NCBI RefSeq assembly: GCF_964204645.1 | Contig: NC_134036.1 | Location: forward strand, 7,564,093 to 7,628,092 | Origin: Tubulanus polymorphus | Taxonomy: Eukaryota; Animalia; Nemertea | Length of the DNA: 64,000 bases | Direction of reading: 5' to 3' | Shown: in pieces, positions 27,501 through 37,200 of the stretch | Numbering within the stretch: the first letter of the stretch is position 1 | How the letters are laid out: each line of letters begins with the position of its first letter | Made by a program: the position numbers and the translations under genes | Notes under the pieces: generated by a model | What the model was told of the DNA's origin: nothing | Seen by the model: the letters and a program-made list of their open reading frames with translations, nothing else | Database searches by the model: none

Positions 27501-27957
27501 AACGGGCGGACGACTGTCCTAGTGCCTCCCTCCCTCCCTCACTGCACCGGGTCGTAACGCTGATCAAGGCCCGGTCAGCACTTAGTCGTTTTTCGAACAA
27601 CCACCGCCGGCACACTGACGAACGGACGGACGACCGACCTTCTGCCTCCCTCCCTCCCTCACTGCTCCGGGTCGTAACGCTGATCAAGGCCCGGTCAGCA
27701 CTTAGTCGTTTTTCGAACAACCACCGCCGGCACACTGACGAACGGACGGACGACCGACCTACTGCCTCCCTTCCTCCCTCCCTGACCAGCGCCGGGTCGT
27801 AACGCTGATCAAGGCCCGGTCAGCCCTTAGTCGTTTTTCGAACAACCATCACAGCCGGCACACTGACAAACGGACGGACGACCGACCTACTGCCTCCCTC
27901 CCTCCCTCCCTCACTGCACCGGGTCGTAACGCTGATCAAGGCCCGGTCAGCACTTAG

Positions 27958-28396
27958 AACGCGTTCTCAAATGTTTTGATACTTTCTCAGTTTGTATCAA
28001 AAATATTGCCGATATTTGGTCCTTAAGTCCTAAAAAATGATAAATTTACAGTGTAAAATCGTACAAACGTGTCATCTATACCACAAAACACTTTATTTCC
28101 TGACCAATTTATGATGTCATGTGTGGGCCATAGACCTCAATATCTGCCTGTGATCTCAACTTTCAATTAAGATTACGTGAGCTACTCGTGCCCAAAACGC
28201 GGCAGACGCACAATAGAAAGTTACGCGCATGGTACTTTTATTGTCGCCGACATAGAGGACCGATATTTTGCTAATTTGATTCGGGAGGTTTAAACCTCCC
28301 AAGGTCAATTTACTAAAATTGTGACCTTCAGGGAGATTCTACGAAAGGCCGATCGTTATCAATTTTGGTTGAACTTGATACCATAATGCTCACTGG
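27958..28396 (+). repeat. Left terminal inverted repeat (~440 bp, imperfect)
   Basis: Aligns by eye to the reverse complement of 33851-34287. The outer ~50 bp differ at 2 positions. Inner parts are conserved blocks separated by mismatched patches. The inner boundary is approximate. Confidence 0.92.
28283..28300. other. Perfect 18-bp palindrome GGGAGGTTTAAACCTCCC in the left TIR
   Basis: Self reverse-complementary, with an identical copy at 33947-33964. Confidence 0.95.
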
Positions 28397-28635
28397 TTTT
28401 AATGTCAAACCATGTAGTCCATATTTGGTAAGTTGTAAATTACGTAAAACCGAAAGAAAAACCCATTATTGGATCCTAATTACACGAATTACTTGAAATA
28501 TCTAATAAATGAAATGTATACACAATACCAATAAGAACAACCTGATTTGATTCTGTTCGGAATTTATTCCTATATTCACGTCATAAAAATCGGAGGCAGT
28601 ATTTCTCATTGATTTTTACAACAGCGTCATTTCAG

Positions 28636-28670
28636 CCATGGACTGTGAAAATACGTTACTGATTCCATGG
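28636..28670. mobile_element. CCATGG-ended mini inverted-repeat element, copy 1 (35 bp)
   Basis: TTCAG|CCATGGACT...GATTCCATGG|TTAAG. Inverted ends; the 5-bp flanks match at 4 of 5 positions. Confidence 0.55.
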
Positions 28671-28898
28671 TTAAGCTCGTTTTCGAGTAAAATATTGCAT
28701 TTGATTCATTTCTCGTTGTGGTTTTGTCAAAGCTATATTTTCACAGTCCGATCAGTGATACAAATAGCTAGTCAGTTACCAACGGTATAGCCAATAATCT
28801 ACAGAACCACCCGAATAGCGAAAATTAGCAAATTGAACCAGTGATACCAGTTTTTGTCATGATTTTATCGAACATGTCATTCAATAATCGATGTGATC

Positions 28899-28987
28899 GG
28901 GTAAAAACTCGCCCCGTAAAGGTCCCTTTCAGTAAAAATCCCCTAGTTAAATATACCCCAAGGTAAAGGCTCCCGGTAAAAAACCCG
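28899..28987 (+). repeat. Degenerate tandem cluster of GGTAAAAATCCCC-like motifs
   Basis: GGGTAAAAACTC, CCCCGTAAAGGTCCC, AGTAAAAATCCCC, CCCCAAGGTAAAGGCTCCC and CCCGGTAAAAAACCC occur within 90 bp. Related motifs lie at 30272-30290 (+), 31267-31298 (-) and 32422-32435 (-). Confidence 0.6.
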
Positions 28988-31067
28988 AATAAAGATTTTC
29001 CAGTGTCTAGTTGGATGTTCTTTTCTTGTTCCTCTGTATACCTCTATACCTTCTCTATCAGATAGAAATGTTGTTAACTGCAACTATCCGTTAATCAAAC
29101 TGTTGAATTATTTTTTGATAATCGGGAGTGATGAAAATTAGGAATGAAAATTAACGGTTTAGCTACTTATATTTAGTTTAAAATCATGTGTTCTGCTTTA
29201 ACAAATGCACTTTTTTATCTAAAAATATTATCTGACCCGAGTGCCTCAATCAAGGCTACATCAACAGTCCATCTCACTGATAACTTTATCACAAATAATC
29301 ACCAGCCATTGAAATGTTTAATCCTCATACAATACAATACAATTATCTCAAATCTAAATTTCATGAGATAAATGCCCCTAGATTTCATAGGTTTTATTCC
29401 AACTGTTGCGACAGTCATATCAAAACTGGACTATTCATATCAATAGACGCTAAACTGGACTGTTAATATATGAAAAGTCTTTAAGACCATATCATATATC
29501 TGAAGTGCGCTATGTTTTGCCTTGCAGTAATAATTTGACTTGTCACATGATTACTCCATTTCTTCATATAATTTCCAAATAAACGAATACATTTCCATTG
29601 TTATGTTAAATGACATCAGCAAAAGCAAATAGACACAAACTACTACACTACTGTGTTTAGGATGGTTTAAGAGATTGGACGCCGATTGATACGAAAAGTA
29701 GATTTCATGCAATCATTTTCTTTCTTTAAAATCGTTGCGAATTAACGCGCGAACAGTGTTCGACTCTGGACGAACGGTTAATGGAATTTTATCGGGTTAG
29801 TCTTTCTATAGCCGACTAGCTATTGAATACCAGTGATTAAGCCATAAGTAAATAAAGAAGTTACTTGGGATGTTTAATCAATTGATGACAATGTACAAGT
29901 AAAACCAGGCCTATGAGACACCCGTAATGTAAAATGATATCATGCAAGATATTCATATAAGCGTATTTTAGTCCTGATTTGAATGAATGTACCCACGTTT
30001 TAGGCAATGAATCGAGACTTGGTTTTATCCCATAGCGTCATCGCTAGTACATGCTTGAGATGAGATTGTTGGTTTATATTTTGAACTCTGTAAAGAAGTT
30101 TTGTACATTTAAGCGTGAATGACGCACTGTGATGAACTATTGTACGAAATAATATATTAAATTCAATGAAAGAATCTTAATGCTCCAAAAGGAATATAAG
30201 TGTAGTTAAGATTAATTTTTTTTAATTTTTCTTAATGAAAACCGATGATATAAAATAATTTAGCTTATTATCCCCAAGGTAAAAATCCCCAATATTTGAT
30301 TTAACTAACATAAAATCAACACAATTTATTATGTCTAAAAAAACTCAACTCATAGATTCTAGATTTAATTGCACTTCTGTTAACTAAAGATGATAGTAAT
30401 GATGTATAGATGTATAATATGATGACCGAACGTTTCATGAGGAATAACTACTGTGGTTAGATACAATTCTCATTCTTAGGATACGAATCGGTTGATTGAA
30501 TTCGGTCATTTAAACTACTGGCTAATTTACAGTGGTCACTATTGAAACGATTAATTGAAGTGCCCTTGAAATCAAGATAGATTCCGGTTGCGTAAATTAA
30601 CTAATTTTTAAGCGACCACCTTCTATTGTCGGTATTCGGTTAGCTCTTGGTTAGCCAGAAGTTTTACCATACAGACTCGGACTAGATGATTGAATTAAAT
30701 CTTAGAATCAAAATATTGTCACTGGAGTAAATATATATTCCTTATTACACTTTCAGCAGTGATCATATTTTACATGTAAATTGAAGGTATTACTGTCATC
30801 TAAAGTTAATAAGGTATTAGAATCGCAAAATTTAAGTTGTTCAAAACCAACATGAAAATGAGAAGTAAATACACAATATCCGTATATGGTGAATAACGAG
30901 ACAAATCCCACAATGAATTCAGCAAAAAATCTTCTGCGAGCAATGTTTCGGCTAATGCTATTAGCCATCATCAGGCCCCCGTCAACATGAAAATATTGAT
31001 ACGTAAATCGAATCCATATCATAAGCATACTATACCACAAGTTAAAAAGAGTTATTTAGTTCGAATT

Positions 31068-31112
31068 AAAAGATAGTATGAATAAAATTATGAAAAGATA
31101 GTATGAATAAAA
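31068..31112. repeat. Short direct duplication (2 x AAAAGATAGTATGAATAAAA)
   Basis: Copies at 31068-31087 and 31093-31112. Confidence 0.85.
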
Positions 31113-31973
31113 AGTTCATTAATTTCATTTATTCTATGAATTTGTTTAAAGATTTATTTCAACAAAAGAGATCAATGCACAGTTAAATATATTGCAGTTG
31201 TATTGTGGATGAATATGTTTGAATAAATATCGTGCTTTCAAATGTTCTTGAAAAATCGCCAAGTGAGGATTTTACCTAGGGGATTTTTACCTACAACCAT
31301 CTAAAATGCCCCAGGCCCTAAATCCAGTAGGTTTATGGCGAAAGGTTAAGATTAGGAATGTATTAGCAATATAATTTTTTGAAACAGTATTTGGTCTCCC
31401 GATGATTTGATTTGCAGGTCAGACTTATTGTTGACCAAAGTTCTTAAAGTGAATTGCTTTAAAGTAATAAATATCAATGAAACAATATCATAAATTTTGA
31501 AGTGAGTTCTTTTGTAATAATCCAATTTAAGTGCACTCCGATGCATGCTAAATTCTAATAAATTCATTTATAAATTTAATTTATACATTTTCCCTCCTCA
31601 CTTATTCATTCTATATTAGTTTTACTAATGAACATAACAGTGGCTTGTGCCTAATGTCAATAAGCAGCGATTGGGTGCCGCCTCTCTGTGTTAATCTATC
31701 ACGAAAGATTTAACTCGATTAGAGCCGCTGAAAACGTATTTCTTTGCAGCCTAGAGTTTATGCATACATGTTCTAAATCAAGACAATATGCTCTATATCA
31801 GAGCCTATACTAAAGCATGCACTCATAATTCGTTTAAGAGTCCGAGGCTTAATTGTGAGAGTTGTTATACAATGAGTAATTAAATGGTGGGATTACAATG
31901 GGAGAGATCATTTCATCAGCCACATCGTTGCCCCAGGGAGTTAGTTATATTCGTTATAGCCAAAATACCTTGA

Positions 31974-32022
31974 CCATGGACTCTAAAACGCTTTAATGTC
32001 TAAATTGTTTTAGAGTCCATGA
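31974..32022. mobile_element. CCATGG-ended mini inverted-repeat element, copy 2 (49 bp)
   Basis: CTTGA|CCATGGACTCTAAAAC...GTTTTAGAGTCCATGA|CTTGA. A 15-bp perfect inverted repeat with a perfect 5-bp flanking duplication. Confidence 0.75.
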
Positions 32023-33232
32023 CTTGACAGAATATAGAAATTTGCCCAGAAAAAGTTATGCATATTCCAACAAAAAAGAATCAATAAAGACTTATATTTT
32101 GAATTTAAATGAAGAGACAAGTAGTACTTTAAAGGTTAACTATTTATTTCGACGCACGAGCTTTCGCTTCTAATGTATAGAAGCTTCAATGAGTGAATTA
32201 TTAGAATTCGTACATTTAGTAAATTCCGGAAACAAAACCTAGTCTTAAGAACTACCATTAACCAAGTTTCAAAGAATTTTGTTCCCTTATGATATTGAAT
32301 GGTGTGAAATTGAAGTGTCCCTAATGATATATCTTTATGTAAGTTCAACTAACTTACCCAGTTAGTGATGATAGTTGAATAATTAACAAAATAATAGTTG
32401 GACTATCGTTTAGGACAAATTAGGATTTTACCGGGTAAGTTTTTTCCTAATAGGCTACCTTTTTGAAGAGCATGCATCCTGAGATACGTATACAAAAATT
32501 CGTTTGATGCTAAATGCAGAGTCTTCACGGTAGAACATATTTGGACATCAATTAATCACGTGAAGGGTAGAAATGACAATTTGTCACTGCTGAGCTTATT
32601 TCCCTTCACTCAACTTTTTTTAAAGTTTTTTCAATATTCTCTAATCCGACATTATATACGCTGCGTACTAACTGTACACAATTTCGGGTTTGGGTTGTTT
32701 TTGAAAAAAAACAGATTCCCAGCAAATTGTAATTTTTGGGTTCTTGAAAACGGTCAATATGTTATAGCAGTTTATGTAAAACCGCATAGAATAGCTACAA
32801 TGAACAACATGTATCCAGGAAAATATATATTTCAGAACACGATCGATTTCACTGAATTTAGCCTCATCATGTAGGATAAAATGAACTTCTGTTGATATTG
32901 CGATTGTGCTGTCGTTAGCTGTCCCATAGCTTATTCGACTCGCTATCGAAAGTAACAAAACAATGGTCACATGTGTCAATGAACTTATCGCTATTCGAAG
33001 TAATGTGCGTATTGAAAAATTTCTCAAGCACTTCGAATTTCCGATTGCTTAAACGCCAAATTTGCATTCGAAATATTAAGCCGATCTATTCTAATTCATA
33101 CCTGGTCGTGTTATAAGCAATTCAAGCGTTTAGTTTGTACTTTAAAATAAAATGAAATAGATTGATTGATGAAATACAAATCAAGTCAAACAAACTCAAC
33201 TAACTGACTACTACTGAGTTATTTGTATTCGA

Positions 33233-33275
33233 TGAAAGAACATATTCTAGTTAGTTGAAAGAACATATTCTAGTT
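33233..33275. repeat. Short direct duplication (2 x TGAAAGAACATATTCTAGTT)
   Basis: Copies at 33233-33252 and 33256-33275. Confidence 0.85.
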
Positions 33276-33324
33276 CATTGGCTCGAACCTTGATTATTGT
33301 CTAAGTTGTACTATAACTAACATG

Positions 33325-33383
33325 CCAATGGATGTGTACATGCGCCTCTCTGATTGGCTAGAATCCTTGCATTCGATGGCGGC
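33325..33383. promoter_or_regulatory. Possible promoter-like motif cluster (two opposed CCAAT boxes and a YY1-like GATGGCGGC)
   Basis: CCAAT at 33325-33329, CTGATTGGCT at 33350-33359 and GATGGCGGC at 33375-33383. Motif match only, no functional evidence. Confidence 0.25.
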
Positions 33384-33422
33384 ATCAGTGAACTAACGGG
33401 GAAATTAGAATTGTATGTTTGA

Positions 33423-33451
33423 CCACGGATTCTTTGTTTTTGAGTCCATGG
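33423..33451. mobile_element. CCATGG-ended mini inverted-repeat element, copy 3 (29 bp, degenerate)
   Basis: CCACGGATTC...GAGTCCATGG, an 8/10 inverted match. The flanks TTTGA and TTTTG are not a clean duplication. Confidence 0.45.
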
Positions 33452-33761
33452 TTTTGGATCTGGTTTTATCGTGAGTTTGATTAACGTACATTGTAGAGAA
33501 CAATGGTGGGGATTCGAATAACGTGCATCCTTTATTCAGAAAGTGTATCATTACGTATATAAATATAGAAATTATTACAATAACTTTAATCAGAATTATC
33601 TCATCACGCAGAACCAGTGAAATAGCCGTTGTAAAGCCGCAAAGTAAATTGAATGAATGAGTAGGTGCTCACGCATTTGTTTCCATTTCATAAGAATCAA
33701 TTCCAAACAGATGAATCAGATTCGAATTTTTGCTTCTTCGTTATGCGAAGTTTTTTTTATA

Positions 33762-33800
33762 TCAGAGACTCTTATACGATTTAGGTTTTAGAGTCCATGG
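33762..33800. mobile_element. CCATGG-ended mini inverted-repeat element, copy 4 (39 bp)
   Basis: TTATA|TCAGAGACTCTTATAC...GTTTTAGAGTCCATGG|TTATA. The right end shares 15 bp with copy 2, the left end is decayed, and the 5-bp flanking duplication is perfect. Confidence 0.65.
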
Positions 33801-33850
33801 TTATATGAATATCTTATGATTCCTCAACTTTCATCAAATACTTAGGAATG

Positions 33851-34287
33851 CCATTGAACGTTTGGGTAAAAAGTTATGCTAAATTTGATTACCATCGGCT
33901 TTTTAGATAATCTCCACGAAGGTCACAATTTTAGTGGTTTGACCTTGGGAGGTTTAAACCTCCCGAATCCAATTTGCGAAATATCGGTCCTCTTTGTCGG
34001 CGGTAATGAAAGAATAAATAGAGCGAAGTTTCTATTGTGCGCCGACCGCATTTTGTTCACGAATAGCTTACGTAATAAATTGAAAGTTGAGATCATAGGC
34101 GGATATAGCGCTCTATGGCCCACGTTCAATTCATAAACTGGTCCGCAAATAAAGTGTTTAGAAGTATAATTGACACGTTTGTACGATTTTGCGCTGTAAA
34201 TTTATCATTTTTCAGGACTCAAGGACCAGAAATTGGCAATATTTTTGATACAAACTGAGAAAGTATCAAAACATTTGGGAACGTGTT
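33851..34287 (-). repeat. Right terminal inverted repeat (~440 bp, imperfect)
   Basis: Reverse complement begins AACACGTTCCCAAATGTTTTGATACTTTCTCAGTTTGTATCAAAAATATTGCC. The left end reads AACGCGTTCTCAAATGTTTTGATACTTTCTCAGTTTGTATCAAAAATATTGCC. Confidence 0.92.
33947..33964. other. Perfect 18-bp palindrome GGGAGGTTTAAACCTCCC in the right TIR
   Basis: Self reverse-complementary, with an identical copy at 28283-28300. Confidence 0.95.
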
Positions 34288-37200
34288 TTAGTCGTTTTTC
34301 GAACAACCACCGCCGGCACACTGACGAACGGACGGACAACCGACCTACTGCCTCCCTCCCTCCCTCACTGCACCGGGTCGTAACGCTGATCAAGGCCCGG
34401 TCAGCACTTAGTCGTTTTTCGAACCATCACTGCCGGCACACTGACAAACGGACGGACGACCGACCTACTGCCTCCCTCCCTCCCTCACTGCACCGGGTCG
34501 TAACGCTGATCATGGCCCGGTCAGCACTTAATCGTTTTTCGAACAACCACCGCCGGCACACTGACGAACGGATGGACGACCGACCTACTGCCTCCCTCCC
34601 TCCCTCCCTCACTGCACCGGGTCGTAACGCTGATCAAGGCCCGGTCAGCACTTAGTCTTTTTTCGAACTACCACCGCCGGCACACTGACGAACGGACGGA
34701 CGACCGACCTACTGCCTCCCTCCCTCCCTCCCTGACCGGTGCCGGGTCGTAACGCTGATCAAGGCCCGGTCAGCACTTAGTCGTTTTTCGAACAACCACC
34801 GCCGGCACACTGACGAACGAACGGACGACCGACCTACTGCCACCCTCCCTCCCTTCCTGACCGGTGCCGGGTCGTAACGCTGATCAAGGCCCGGTCAGCA
34901 CTTAGTCGTTTTTCGAACTACCACCGCCGGCACACTGACGAACGGACGGACGACCGACCTACTGCCTCCCTCCCTCCCTCCCTGACCGGTGCCGGGTCGT
35001 AACGCTGATCAAGGCCCGGTCAGCACTTAGTCGTTTTTCGAACCAACACTGACGGCAGACTAACTAACGGGCGGACGATTGTCCGACTGCCTCCCTCTCT
35101 CCCTCCCTCACTGCGCCGGGTCGTAATGCTGATCAAGGCCCGGTCAGCACTTAGTCGTTTTTCGAACAACCAGCACTGCCGGCACACTGACTAACGGGCG
35201 GACGACCGACCTACTGCCTCCCTCCCTCCCTCACTGCACCGGGTCGTAACGCTGATCAAGGCCCGGTCAGCACTTAGTCGTTTTTCGAACCATCACTGCC
35301 GGCACACTGACAAACGGACGGACGACCGACCTACTGCCTCCCTCCCTCCCTCACTGCACCGGGTCGTAACGCTGATCATGGCCCGGTCAGCACTTAGTCG
35401 TTTTTCGAACAACCACCGCCGGCACACTGACGAACGGATGGACGACCGACCTACTGCCTCCCTCCCTCCCTCCCTCACTGCACCGGGTCGTAACGCTGAT
35501 CAAGGCCCGGTCAGCACTTAGTCGTTTTTCGAACTACCACCGCCGGCACACTGACGAACGGACGGACGACCGACCTACTGCCTCCCTCCCTCCCTCCCTG
35601 ACCGGTGCCGGGTCGTAACGCTGATCAAGGCCTGGTCAGCACTTAGTCGTTTTTCGAACAACAACCGCCGACACACTGACTAACGGGCGGACGACTGTCC
35701 TAGTGCCTCCCTCCCTCCCTCACTGCACCGGGTCGTAACGCTGATCAAGGCCCGGTCAGCACTTAGTCGTTTTTCGAACAACCACCGCCGGCACACTGAC
35801 GAACGGATGGACGCCCGACCTTCTGCCTCCCTCCCTCCCTCACTGCTCCGGGTCGTAACGCTGATCAAGGCCCGGTCAGCACTTAGTCGTTTTTCGAACA
35901 ACCACCGCCGGCACACTGACGAACGGACGGACGACCGACCTACTGCCTCCCTTCCTCCCTCCCTGACCAGCACCGGGTCGTAACGCTGATCAAGGCCCGG
36001 TCAGCCCTTAGTCGTTTTTCGAACAACCATCACAGCCGGCACACTGACAAACGGACGGACGACCGACCTACTGCCTCCCTCCCTCCCTCCCTCACTGCAC
36101 CGGGTCGTAACGCTGATCAAGGCCCGGTCAGCACTTAGTCGTTTTTCGAATAACCAACTCTGCCGGCACACTGACGAACGGACGGACGACCGACCTACTG
36201 TCCCCCTCCCTCCCTCACTGCACCGGGTCGTAACGCTGATCAAGGCCCGGTCAGCACTTAGTCGTTTTTCGAACAACCACCGCCGGCACACTGACGAACG
36301 GATGGACGACCGACCTACTGCCTCCCTCCCTCCCTCCCTCTCTCACTGCACCGGGTCGTAGCGCTGATCAAGGCCCGGTCAGCACTTAGTCATCTTTCGA
36401 ACGACTACCACCGGCACACTGACGAACGGACTGACGACCGACCTACTGCCTCCCTCCCTCCCCCCTCACTGCACCGGGTCGTAACGCTGATCAAGGCCCG
36501 GTCAGCACTTAGTCGTTTTTCGAACCAGCACTGACGGCAGACTAACTAACGGGCGGACGATTGTCCGACTGCCTCCCTCTCTCCCTCCCTCACTGCGCCG
36601 GGTCGTAATGCTGATCAAGACCCGGTCAGCACTTAGTCGTTTTTCGAACAACCAGCACTGCCGGCACACTGACTAACGGGCGGACGACCGACCTACTGCC
36701 TCCCTCCCTCCCTCACTGCACCGGGTCGTAACGCTGATCAAGGCCCGGTCAGCACATAGTCGTTTTTCGAACCATCACTGCCGGCACACTGACAAACGGA
36801 CGGACGACCGACCTACTGCCTCCCTCCCTCCCTCACTGCACCGGGTCGTAACGCTGATCATGGCCCGGTCAGCACTTAATCGTTTTTCGAACAACCACCG
36901 CCGGCACACTGACGAACGGATGGACGACCGACCTACTGCCTCCCTCCCTCCCTCCCTCACTGCACCGGGTCGTAACGCTGATCAAGGCCCGGTCAGCACT
37001 TAGTCGTTTTTCGAACAACCACCGCCGGCACACTGACGAACGAACGGACGACCGACCTACTGCCACCCTCCCTCCCTTCCTGACCGGTGCCGGGTCGTAA
37101 CGCTGTTCATGGCCTGGCCAGCACTTAGTCGTTTTTCGAACAACAACTGCCGACACACTGACTAACGGGCGGACGACTGTCCTAGTGCCTCCCTCCCTCC

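Larger units (their letters stand above)
1..27957. repeat. GC-rich ~120-bp satellite tandem array, left arm (~230 monomers; continues beyond the window start)
   Basis: Head-to-tail copies of CACTGCACCGGGTCGTAACGCTGATCAAGGCCCGGTCAGCACTTAGTCGTTTTTCGAACAACCACCGCCGGCACACTGACGAACGGACGGACGACCGACCTACTG(CCTC)n. The canonical period is 120 bp. Length varies mainly through 4-bp CCTC units and small indels. One monomer counted by hand is 74/120 G+C. Confidence 0.99.
27958..34287. mobile_element. Non-autonomous TIR DNA transposon, 6330 bp, inserted in the satellite (Kolobok-like termini and TSD; superfamily tentative)
   Basis: Abrupt switch to AT-rich unique sequence. Left junction is CAGCAC-TTAG|AACGCGTTCTCAAATG and right junction is CATTTGGGAACGTGTT|TTAG-TCGTTTTTCG. 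The empty site in other monomers is CAGCAC-TTAG-TCGTTTTTCG, so TTAG (27954-27957, 34288-34291) is duplicated. The ends are inverted copies of each other. The longest internal ORF is 119 aa, with no transposase motif seen. Confidence 0.93.

Noticed and set aside
1-27957. CRISPR-like look (constant block alternating with a variable block)
   Set aside because: The variable parts are homologous variants from a small set, not unique spacers. There is no leader or cas gene.
30528-30621. TACAGTGG and TTAAGCGACCACCT motifs reminiscent of Tc1/mariner-type MITE ends
   Set aside because: Too short, and no partner end or TA duplication was found.
32560-33027. Overlapping ORFs of 104 aa (+) and 119 aa (-)
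   Set aside because: Non-ATG starts, F/I/L/N-rich composition typical of AT-rich non-coding DNA, and no recognisable domain.
27954-34291. piggyBac assignment (CACGTT-like end)
   Set aside because: It would need TTAA directly outside C(A/G)CGTT. The flanks there are AGAA and TTTT, and the empty site shows the AA/TT belong to the element.
33876-34655. ORFs in the right TIR and across the junction
   Set aside because: They lie in the TIR, are not preserved in the left TIR per the ORF track, or simply read into satellite.
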